From the human T2T-CHM13v2.0 reference genome, Homo sapiens: 64,000 nucleotides of DNA. Made by a program: the position numbers and the translations under genes. This document shows, in pieces, positions 51,631-64,000 of this stretch. The notes under the pieces were generated by a model. It made no database searches and was not told where the DNA came from. It worked only from the letters and a program-made list of their open reading frames with translations. How positions within the stretch are numbered: the stretch's first letter is position 1; every line of letters begins with the position of its first letter. Where the stretch lies: the NCBI RefSeq assembly GCF_009914755.1, contig NC_060932.1; one strand, written 5' to 3'.

Positions 51631-52421
51631 AGCAGGATTCTACAACAGCTTTTTCTGGCTAAGCTTGGATTCAAATTTTGGGAGGGCAGACAACACCTCC
51701 ACCCACCACCCCTAATATAGTTTTATACCTGTTGATATCAATGGCAGCTTTTTAATATATCTGGGTGAAAAGAATGCTACATAGATTTCTCATGGTTTTC
51801 CCATTCAACAAATCCAATAGAGCTGAAGTGTAAATAAGAGAAAAATACATTTAATTTATTAGATTAGTCATAATTGATCAATGTTGAGAAAACAAAGCAT
51901 GGAACATTTATGGTTTGAGCACTATTGTCCTAAACAGTTTAAGGTGGGGAGCAAAAGTCAGAAAGGAATTTACAGGTGCCACAAGCCCCTATTTGATCAT
52001 TTAGTTTGGCACGAGGGTTGCACAATCCACACATTCCTGCAGGTAAACAGTGCAAAGACAGATGTATCCATCTGCATGTATATTCTCCCCGGCCACATTG
52101 CTTGCAGGAATGTGTGCTTTTATCATCTGAAAATCCTTAAACGAGTCTGACAAACCATAGAATTACTTTAAACAAGTATCTGACTGCCTCCTAATGTTTG
52201 GAAATAGAAGCATAGATAAATGACTAAATTGGCAAAGAACTTTCTAGGGGAACATTGATTGGCTCTTCACCATCTTTCTACAACTCTTTAGGGAATGATC
52301 CTGCTGGAAAATGTTTGCAAAGAGAGTTTAAGAAATTTCTCCTTCTTCCCTGATTCCTCAAAAATCATTCATCACACCAAGGGCTGAAATAAAGGATGTT
52401 TTGGACAACTAAGAAATCTCT

Positions 52422-52886
<465 letters not shown>

Positions 52887-53324
52887 CTAGTTAGGCTCCC
52901 AGGGCTCAAATCTCAGGTCTGTCACTCTGTTCCTTGGACAACTTATTTAACCATATCATGCCCCGGGTTCCTTCTTCTGAAAAAAAGGCCAAGTCCTGAA
53001 GTTAAGCATGAATCCTAATCAGCATTTCCAAGAGTCCCTAGAACACAAGAGGTGCTGTGATTATGAGTCCTCACTCTGTTCTTCTGCCTAAACCACCTCC
53101 CTCCTACAGTGCAGAATCTCCTGGAGGGAGGTGATTTAGGAAGCAGAACAGAGTGAGAACTCTCTCTCTATCATTCTCTCCGTCTCTACCATTCTGTCTG
53201 TACCACTTGGAGCTCTGGACTCCCAGATGCATGAACGCAAGCTTCTGAGCCAGCTGCCACTGCCCTGACTCTCGTGCTGTAGTCAGGTTGAGGGCCAACC
53301 GGCCCTTCAAGCTCTTCTGCCAGG

Positions 53325-53475
53325 TAAGATTGCAGCAAGGCAGCCCTCATTGGACACCCCATCTGCTGGCACCTTGATATTGGACTTCCCAGTCTCCAGA
53401 AATGTGAGAAACAAATCTGTTGTTTAGAATATACCCAGTCCGCGGTATTTTGTTACATCAGCCTGAGTGGACTAT
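53325..53475 (+). mobile_element. MaLR (MLT1/MSTD-like) 3' fragment
   Basis: tctgctggcaccttgatattggacttcccagtctccagaaatgtgagaaa. Confidence 0.75.
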
Positions 53476-53539
53476 CATGGGCACATTCGCATCTTGGAGC
53501 AATTGAAATGTCAGTCTACTCCATCTGCTTGGAAGTCAG

Positions 53540-53900
53540 AAGAGGACCCAGTGCAAAATAGAAAGGCAGGGGCTCTTGTTCATAAAGCAGGAACATTTGT
53601 CCTTTGCTCAACAGTCTCTACTAGTCCTGTGCTTATTTCCTATTTAATGTCACTCTCCTGGGGGCATGGGGATCTACATGTGGTGAGTGCAGACTCATAC
53701 AGGTGCCTAGGTGCCCATGGAGTGCAGCTCACAACTCCTTGCAGAGGTGGACGCACCTGACCATGACCTCCCATGGCCTGGCGCAAAGGCACTAGAAGAG
53801 GTGGTAGGGTGGGCAGGGGAGAATCTGCCCTGGGGGAGGGAGGACAGTGCACCCGGCCAGCACCAACCACAACACATACTCCATTGCTCCATCAGAGGTC
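53540..53900. mobile_element. MER45-like hAT-Tip100 element
   Basis: cccagtgcaaaatagaaaggcaggggctcttgttcataaagcagg. Confidence 0.45.
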
Positions 53901-54717
53901 ATCAACAGAACGCAAAGTCAAGGAAGAAACGAAGAACTTCAATAGGGCGACCACAAAGAATTAAACCAAAGTCCACAGGTCACACACTCTCAAAGCTGGT
54001 CCTGACAGGAAACTTGCTTTAGTTCATCCCTTTACAAAAGAATACCTGGTCTCATCTGAAATGTAACTCATCACTTGAGGCTGTGATAAGATTGTCACCT
54101 CCCCCAGCTAGTCCCAGCTGCCAACTGCCCGAGGAAGTCTCAATGCTGAGACACGGGAAGGGTTTTTGCACCTTGAACAAGGAGCATCTTGACTTCTAGT
54201 GCGTGAAAATGGACTTTCATCATTGACTGAACAAATAAAAGGGCAGATTCCATGATCAAAAAGCCAATATGCCACGCTCTTGCTAGAAAAACAAAGAGTT
54301 GTAACAACACAGCCATACAGATATCTAGAGAAATCAATTCACAAAACCTCATCAGCTAGTGTCCATACCGTCCTCAGGTTTTTATTTATAATGGGGGAAT
54401 TGTAACAAAATCCACCTTCTAGGGTTGCTGTTAGGATTAATAAGATGAACACAGAGCTGAGCCCAGAATCTGGCATATAAAGCATTCAATAAGCAATAGC
54501 CAATGTGGTGATTATTATTGAGCGAGAAAAGCATATTCGGTTGCAAGGACATGGAAGGTAGAACCGCATTATCACACACAGACCAGATCAAAACACAGTG
54601 ATACGAAAATTGTGTTTTGGATGCAGTGCAGAGGCCACTCAGTTCAGCACCTGGGTGGTCAGCATATCAGGGAATTCCTGTTAATGGGTAAGTGTCAAAA
54701 TAATTCTGTGGTCACTA

Positions 54718-55108
<391 letters not shown>

Positions 55109-55224
55109 TAATACCCCTACTTTTTGGGAACCACATGCTAAAAGTAAGTAGGGATGAAGCATGATACTTAGAATTTACTGTTTAGCAAAAATTACAGAGA
55201 TGAAGCAAATGTGGCAAATTGTGA

Positions 55225-55729
<505 letters not shown>

Positions 55730-56127
55730 AGGATTTTTATATAATATATTACTACCAGGACCACAGGGCCCTACTGAGGCAGGGCTCACAACGGATAGCC
55801 TGGTAATCATCGGCCCTCTACCTGAGAGCCTCCAGCTGGCTGTGCTGCACACTGTACTGGGAGGAAGAGAGGCTCATGAGAAGACCCTGGAATGTGGAAT
55901 CAAATAGCCCTGGATTCCACTCCGGCCTCTCCACTTTCGAAATAAATCTGAGCAACGTTTCATCGTCCCAAGTCGCCGTGTTCTCAACCACACATTTGGA
56001 AATGGGTTTATGAATTCTGGTAGAGATTTTTTTAGGTAGTTCAATTCCGGCTTAGGTTATTGTCTACGCATGAATAACTCTGAATTCTACATATTTGCTC
56101 TGATTCTTCAACTAAATATGTACATTG

Positions 56128-56558
56128 TGTGATAGGAAAATAAATCTTGGGGCCCCAAAATCACTAAGCTACAGGGAAGTCAAGCTGGGAACTGCTTAGG
56201 GCCAACCTGTCTCCCACTCTATTCAAAGTCACCCCTCTGCTCACTGAGATAAACGCCTGTCTGATTGTCTCCTTTGGAGAGGCTCATCAGAAATGCAAAA
56301 AAAAATGTACCCATGACCTGGAAGCCCCCTCCCCACTTCAAGTTTTCGTGCCTTTCCCGACTGAACCAAGTTTATCTTACATATTTTGATTGACGTCTCA
56401 TGTCTCCCTAAAATGTATAAAACCAAACTGTGTTCTGACCACCTGAGACACATGGTGTCAGGACCTCCGGAGGCCGTGTCACAGGCATGCATCCTCAACC
56501 TTGGTAAAATAAACTTTCTAAATTAAGTGAGACCTATCTCAGATATTTGGGGTTCATA
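56128..56558 (+). mobile_element. MER4A-type ERV1 solo LTR
   Basis: tgtgataggaaaataaatcttggggccccaaaatcactaagct...gtcaggacctcc...aaaataaac. Confidence 0.88.
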
Positions 56559-57885
56559 ATCCCAGTGTCTGCAGAGCACTTGGACGTGGACGTCATTCTC
56601 ACTTCTGAAACCACATATCTATATTCCTCCGATGAGGGCGTCTTCCATATTTCGCATTACTGAATGTGGCCAGACAATTAACAGACCTCACCCACCCCTT
56701 CCAAATTCTCTAAATTTAAAACTTGGGGATTCCAGTTCCCTACTTCGTCTTTCACCAGCAGGCCACAGAATCATTTGATTCTTTTCCCCCAGGAGCTTGC
56801 AAATTCCCCGCTCAGGACCCTGGCTTCTCATGCTGCCCCCTGAAATGTGTGCAGCTCCTCCTTCCTTCCAATGTCAGGTGATCCCACAACAGCGGACACT
56901 GCAGTGCAGCAGACAGTGCAACATCGCAGGCAACAAGTCGTAGAAAAGACAATTTGGTGACGAGAGAGCCAGGTGTGAAAATTCTGGCTCTTCCTTTAAT
57001 TAGCTAAATTATATAACTTTTCTGACACTCAGTTATCTTTTAACTGGGTAGAATCAGTCCTGCATGTCTGCAGAGGATTAACAGTTTTTACAAAGTGTTT
57101 GGTGCAAAATCAATGCTATATAAATTAGAAGCGAGAGAGAAGGGTAAGAGCAAAATGCAGACACAAGTGTACTGTGCTCCTGGCAGGAACAAGAGCAGCT
57201 GGGAGCACTGAAAATAAGCCTTATCTGCTCTGGTCCAAGCTGAGCCCTTGCAAGAGTGTGCCTTGTTAGAGACTACCGCTCACACAGCCTTACCTCTGGA
57301 TAGAGACATCAGAGTAGCTCATAGACTTGAACTGCACTCTGGCCAAAAACACTATATAAAGATTAAGTATGTGACAAAAATTTGTAGCAACATCAGCTAA
57401 TTGCAAAGCTGAGGAAGAGAAAGTAATTAAAGTTAGAGGTGAGCCAGCAAGCATTTCACTGAATTGTCAGCATAGAACATTCCCCAATCTGAAATCTTCT
57501 CTTCCCCTGGTGGGGTTGAGCGGGGGGAGGTCTACAGAACGCTTGCACACCTGTGTCAGTTTCCAGGCGTGACTTCCTGGGGCTGACACAGACTGCCCAT
57601 TTCACCTGCCACAAAGCAGATCAAAGCAATATTGTTTAATGTATTTTCTCTGTGAGTTTCTAAAATTCTTTTTCCCCTAAAGAGTATTTCCTCCACTGAG
57701 CCTAGCTTAAAAATAAAACAGGTAATAGATATTCTATGGACAGGTAATCCACAAACAAGACTCATAACCCAAGGTGACAAATACATTGCAGAGACATCAT
57801 AGCCAAAATCCACATTCCTTCCCAAAAACCACAGATACATGCATCCAGAAGTACAATGAAAAAGGAGAGGAAAGCAGCTCAAAGA

Positions 57886-58430
57886 TATATACCACTTGAT
57901 CCATCAATCCCATTACTGGGTACATACCCAAAGGATTATAAATCATGCTGCTATAAAGACACATGCACACGTATGTTTATTGTGGCACTATTCACAATAT
58001 CAAAGACTTGGAACCAAGCCAAATGTCCAACAATGATAGACTGGATTAAGAAAATGTGGCACATATACACCATGGAATACTATGCAACCATAAAAAAGGA
58101 TGAGTTCATGTCCTTTGTAGGGACATGGATGAAGCTGGAAACCATTCTCAGCAAACTATCACAAGGACAAAGAAACCAAACACCGCATGTTCTCACTCAT
58201 AGGTGGGAATTGAACAATGAGAACACATGGACACAGGAAGGGGAACATCACACACCGGGGCCTGTTGTGGGGTGGGGGGAGGGGGGAGGGATAGCATTAG
58301 GAGATACACCTAATGTTAAAGGACGAGTTACTGGGTGCAGCACACCAACACGGCACATGTATACATATGTAACAAACCTGCACGTTGTGCACATGTACCC
58401 TAAAACTTAAAGCATAATAATAAAAAAAAA
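57886..58430 (+). mobile_element. L1PA (PA3-5-like) 5'-truncated 3' fragment
   Basis: ORF2 C-terminus DWIKKMWHIYTMEYY; G-rich 3'UTR tract; A tail; short TSD aaagata. Confidence 0.95.
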
Positions 58431-58911
58431 GATACCCTAGAGGTTTGTAAGTGAAAGATAATTCCTATTATGGATGACTTCTATGTGTCTGTGGGTCTAT
58501 TTTTTGTTGTTTTGGGGTTTTACTGTGCTTTTTAACCTGTATGTTTCTAGGAGTGTCAAATGAAAAAGTCAACATCATTTTGACAAAATGGCAGGTGCAC
58601 ACACCTCTCTCCTCTCTTCCTGACGGGGCTGGAGGGCTTGCCAGTGTCCTGCATGCTTCTCATTCCCTGTTTCGAAAGTCAGAGAAGCTCAGGTGAACAC
58701 ACAGTCTCTCAAACCATGCCCAAGGCTGCCCTGAAGCAGGGAAGACACTGGCCCAGGAACCCCCAGACCTCAGTCCAGGTGCTGGCTCTGTGTGACCTGG
58801 AGCTCAGTGTGCGCCTCTGCAACACAGAGTTGGTGAGAGCTGCTGAGCTGGCCTCGCATAATTATCAAGGGAAACAAATAAAACAACAGATGAAGGTGCT
58901 TTGGAATCCAA

Positions 58912-59626
58912 TGTGAACCAAAAGTACCTGAGACAGGTCTCAATCAATTTAGAAATTTAGAAAGTATACTTCGCCAAGGTGAAGGACATACTCACGACAC
59001 AGCCTCAGGAGGTCCTGATGACATGTGCCCAAGGTGGTCAGAGCAGAGCTTGGTTTCATACATTTTAGGGAGACATGAGACATCAATTAATAGGTGTGAG
59101 ATGTGCATTGGTTTAATCCAGAAAGGTGAGGCAACTTGAAGTGTGGTTTCCAGGTCTTGGGTAGCTAGGAGACCAACAGGTGCATTCTTTTGAGTCCCTC
59201 ATCAGTCTTTCAGTGAATACACAATTTACAGCTGAGGAAGAGTAGAGGCATAGTCATTGACACCTTAGTCTGAGGCAGTGAATCTACACTTTTACATAAG
59301 CAGTAGGGCAGAGGAAGCAATCAGATTTGCATTTGTCTCAGGTGAGCGAAGGGATGACTGAGTTCTGTCTGTACTTTATCCCACACCTGCGACAACAAGC
59401 TATCAATTCTGATGAAATTCAGCAGAACTATTTTAAGGTAAAATTCTTGAGGGCAACAAAGAATCTCCTTGTGGACAAATCATGAGGGAGGTATACAGCT
59501 TTTTCATCTTGTAGCTATCTTATTTAGGAATAAAATGGGGGGCAGTTTTCCCGAACGCAGCTCCCAGCTTGACTTTTCCCCTTGGCTTAGTGATTTGGGG
59601 GTCCTGAGACTGATTTTCATTTCAAA
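58912..59626 (-). mobile_element. MER4 ERV1 solo LTR
   Basis: cagcctcaggaggtcctgatgacatgtgcccaaggtggtc; 4-bp TSD ccaa on both sides. Confidence 0.88.
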
Positions 59627-59839
59627 CCAACAAGGCCAGCAAACACAGTGTACAGGACTGTTAGCTTCGCATCCTGTGTCTCAGTGCTAACTGGCCCTGC
59701 GGTGACGTCACCATATTTCCAAAGAAAAACTGCTTTTTTATTTTATTCATTAATTGATTGATTGAACAAATATTCTTTTAGGTCCTAGAATGAGCTGTTC
59801 AGATACTGGGGCTCCTGAGAAGCGCTATCCCTACCTGTT

Positions 59840-60230
59840 TTTATCAGCCTGTTCTCACACTACTATAGAGAACTACCTGAGACTGGGTAATTGATAAAGA
59901 AAAGAGGTTTAATTGACTCACAGTTCTGCAGGCCGTATGGGAAGCCTGGCTGTACAGGAAGCAGGCTGCACAGGAAACTCACAATCATGGTGAAAGGCAA
60001 AGGGGAAGCAGACACATTTTCACATCCCCAGAGTAAGAGAAAAAGAGCAAAGGAGGAGGTGCTACACACTTTTAAACACCCAGATCTCATGAGAACTCAC
60101 GATCACGAGAGCAGCAAGAGGCAGATGCATCCTCACGATCTAATCACCTCCCACCAGGCCCCCTCCCCCAACATTGGGGATTACAATTCCACGTGAGATT
60201 TGGGTGGGGACACAAGTCCAACCCATATCA
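59840..60230 (-). mobile_element. MSTA MaLR solo LTR
   Basis: acctgagactgggtaatt...aagaggtttaattgactcacagttc...gagatttgggtggggacac...catatca. Confidence 0.9.
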
Positions 60231-60303
60231 CCGTAATAATCCTTATATTTGAGGTGGATAAACATCTTCAGTAATATCTCTGAAGATGAACCCCGACCAC
60301 TAG

Positions 60304-60732
<429 letters not shown>

Positions 60733-61249
60733 CTGATATCTTGACTATGAAAAAAAAAATTGAGAATTTGAATGCCCGTGAATGTAATGTCTTGGATTAA
60801 ACCTCCCTGTTACCCAGGAAATCTGTCTCTTAGTAAGAGTTAATGCAGAGACAAAAATTCTAAGTCTCAGGTGACAGGAGAAGGTGGTTTATCTGGTGTT
60901 TGCACCCTGGAAATGACCTTCATTGTGAAGCTGGGATAGAGCTGCCCTCTGCCCTCAACCTTTTGGCAAAGCACCCAAAGTTGGAGCAACAAGAGTCAGA
61001 CACACACAAATACATCCAACGAAAAGTCCAGTGCACTAATGATTCTGCCAAATTCCACACATGCACATCTAAATATCAGCTAATATAAAATAGAAACTAC
61101 ACTGGGCACTTTCAAAGGACAGTTGCACGGGCTCTGATAAACTGTAATAGGGATATTTGACCACGGGAGGTCAGCAAAGATTTATCCGAGGAAGGCGCTG
61201 GAGTGGAGATGGGTAGGGTAAGAGTTAAGTAGAAAATAGGACAGAGGTG

Positions 61250-61570
<321 letters not shown>

Positions 61571-61675
61571 AAGAAAGAAAGAAGGAAGGAGGGAGGGAGG
61601 AAGGCAGGAAGGAAGGAAGGAAGGAAGGAAGGAAGGAAGGAAGGAAGGAAGGAGGGAGGGAGGGAGGGAGGGAGG

Positions 61676-61724
<49 letters not shown>

Positions 61725-61800
61725 AGGAAGGAAGGAAGGAAGGAAGGAAGGAAGGAAGGAAGGAAGGAAGGAGGGAAGGCAGGCAGGCAGGCAGGCAGGC
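61571..61800 (+). repeat. compound (GGAA)11-(GGAG)7-(AGGC)~10-(GGAA)12-(AGGC)~6 microsatellite
   Basis: GGAA runs at 61607-61650 and 61722-61769. Confidence 0.97.
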
Positions 61801-62801
61801 TCCAAATAAAAGGAACAAAGTGTGGAAAGGATCTGTGGAGGGAGCAGGGACTAGAAGCAGGTGTGGCTACAGCAAGGAGAGTTTCTGAGCTGAGGATGTC
61901 AGGGAGGTAAATGATAAGCGGAACACGGTTCCCTGGCACATTGCCCCCAGGATGCTTTGTTGCTAGAAAGGTGTCCTAACTGATAAGATATCAGGGTCTG
62001 TGATCTCTTTTGTCTTCTCACGGTGGCATCGGTGTCATAGTTAACATTATAACACTCCTCCTAAGAAGCATACTTTCTTCAACATTACTTTCCAACTAAA
62101 ACTTACAAAATATAATGCCTAATAACAACAGTCTGGATGTCTACATTGCAACTTCAACAAATACGCTGGGATATGAACATCAGATTTCACAAAACTATTC
62201 CCCGGATACCTACGTGGGAAGCTGTATACAAAGTGTATGTGCAAACACACAGTTGAACGTTCAGCCATAGTTGAAGATAAACTTTGGAATATCATTTCTC
62301 CAAGAAACAAATAATTATTCCCAAATGATATTCAGACAAATATTTTCCATCTTTCAAGACCTTACCAAATAATGATTCCGAGGCTCCTATTTTTCAACTT
62401 TACGAATACTCGAGATGCTTCTATTTGCCATTAACAATAGCGGTGGAGGAAAAACAAACAGAATGAGGATATTGCGTCTCTTTTAATAACACATATTTGC
62501 TTTCCAAATGGTCATTACATCTTAACATTAGTAAAGAAAGCTCTGCAGAGGCTCCTGATCCCAGTCCAGGGTTCTCACCGTTATACGGCGGGTGACTCTC
62601 CCTTTGGGTCCTTCTCATTATCTTTGGAAGCTAAAGGCAAAAATTTGTCAGCTCAACCCCAGTCAGAGCCAACCTCTCTCCTGACTTCTCCTAAAGGTGA
62701 CAAAACAAAGAGGATACTGAGGAGCATGGGGTCACAGGGAGCAATGACTCTTTGTGCCGGTAGCCCCAGGCTAAAAGAAATTACCAAGACTGTTGTACGA
62801 T

Positions 62802-63777
<976 letters not shown>

Positions 63778-63909
63778 TTAGAACCGCACACGTGGGATCC
63801 CTCTGAGGAAAAGAGAAGGTCAGGACCAAGTGGCAAGACAAAAGGGACCCATCCCCAGCAAGCTAGATCTTCATCGGAGACCTGCTGAGTTTCCACTTCC
63901 AAGTAATTC

Positions 63910-63972
63910 TGTTACTCGATCCAGACCCTAAGACAGGATTATTGGATCTCATGCAAGAAAGAATTCAGGGCC
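63910..63972 (-). mobile_element. MER41-like LTR 3' terminal fragment
   Basis: gatccagaccctaagacagg...ttggatctcatgcaagaaagaattcagggc; followed by the start of another Alu at the window edge. Confidence 0.7.
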
Positions 63973-64000
63973 AACTGCCACAGCTCACGCCTGTAATCCC

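Noticed and set aside
58256-58290. G-quadruplex-forming tract
   Set aside because: Standard L1PA 3'UTR feature, not locus-specific.
57856-58410. 184-aa ORF
   Set aside because: Truncated L1 ORF2 C-terminus frameshifting into the 3'UTR; not a host gene.

Overview
Primate (most likely human or great ape) non-coding DNA. I found no credible protein-coding exon, rRNA, tRNA or CRISPR; the supplied ORFs are almost all Alu, L1 or ERV read-through. Roughly half the window is interspersed repeat: about 40 Alus (J, S and Y ages); a 3'-truncated ERVL provirus (MLT2 LTR plus gag/pro/partial RT) with four nested insertions; an ancient L1M riddled with later insertions (39.2-48.9 kb); MaLR and ERV1 solo LTRs; a MER9 fragment; and DNA-transposon fossils (MER94, MER82, Zaphod, MADE1, MER5A). 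The standout is a ~1.2-kb L1PA 3' fragment (18019-19255) with dense, strand-specific A-to-G changes on the L1 sense strand (T-to-C on +). This looks like an ADAR-hyperedited RNA fixed in the genome by retrotransposition. Other leads are a compound GGAA microsatellite, a motif-dense enhancer candidate, and a probable Alu-associated deletion of a MER9 LTR. Family assignments come from remembered consensus sequences rather than a database search, boundaries are approximate, and I could not identify the locus.
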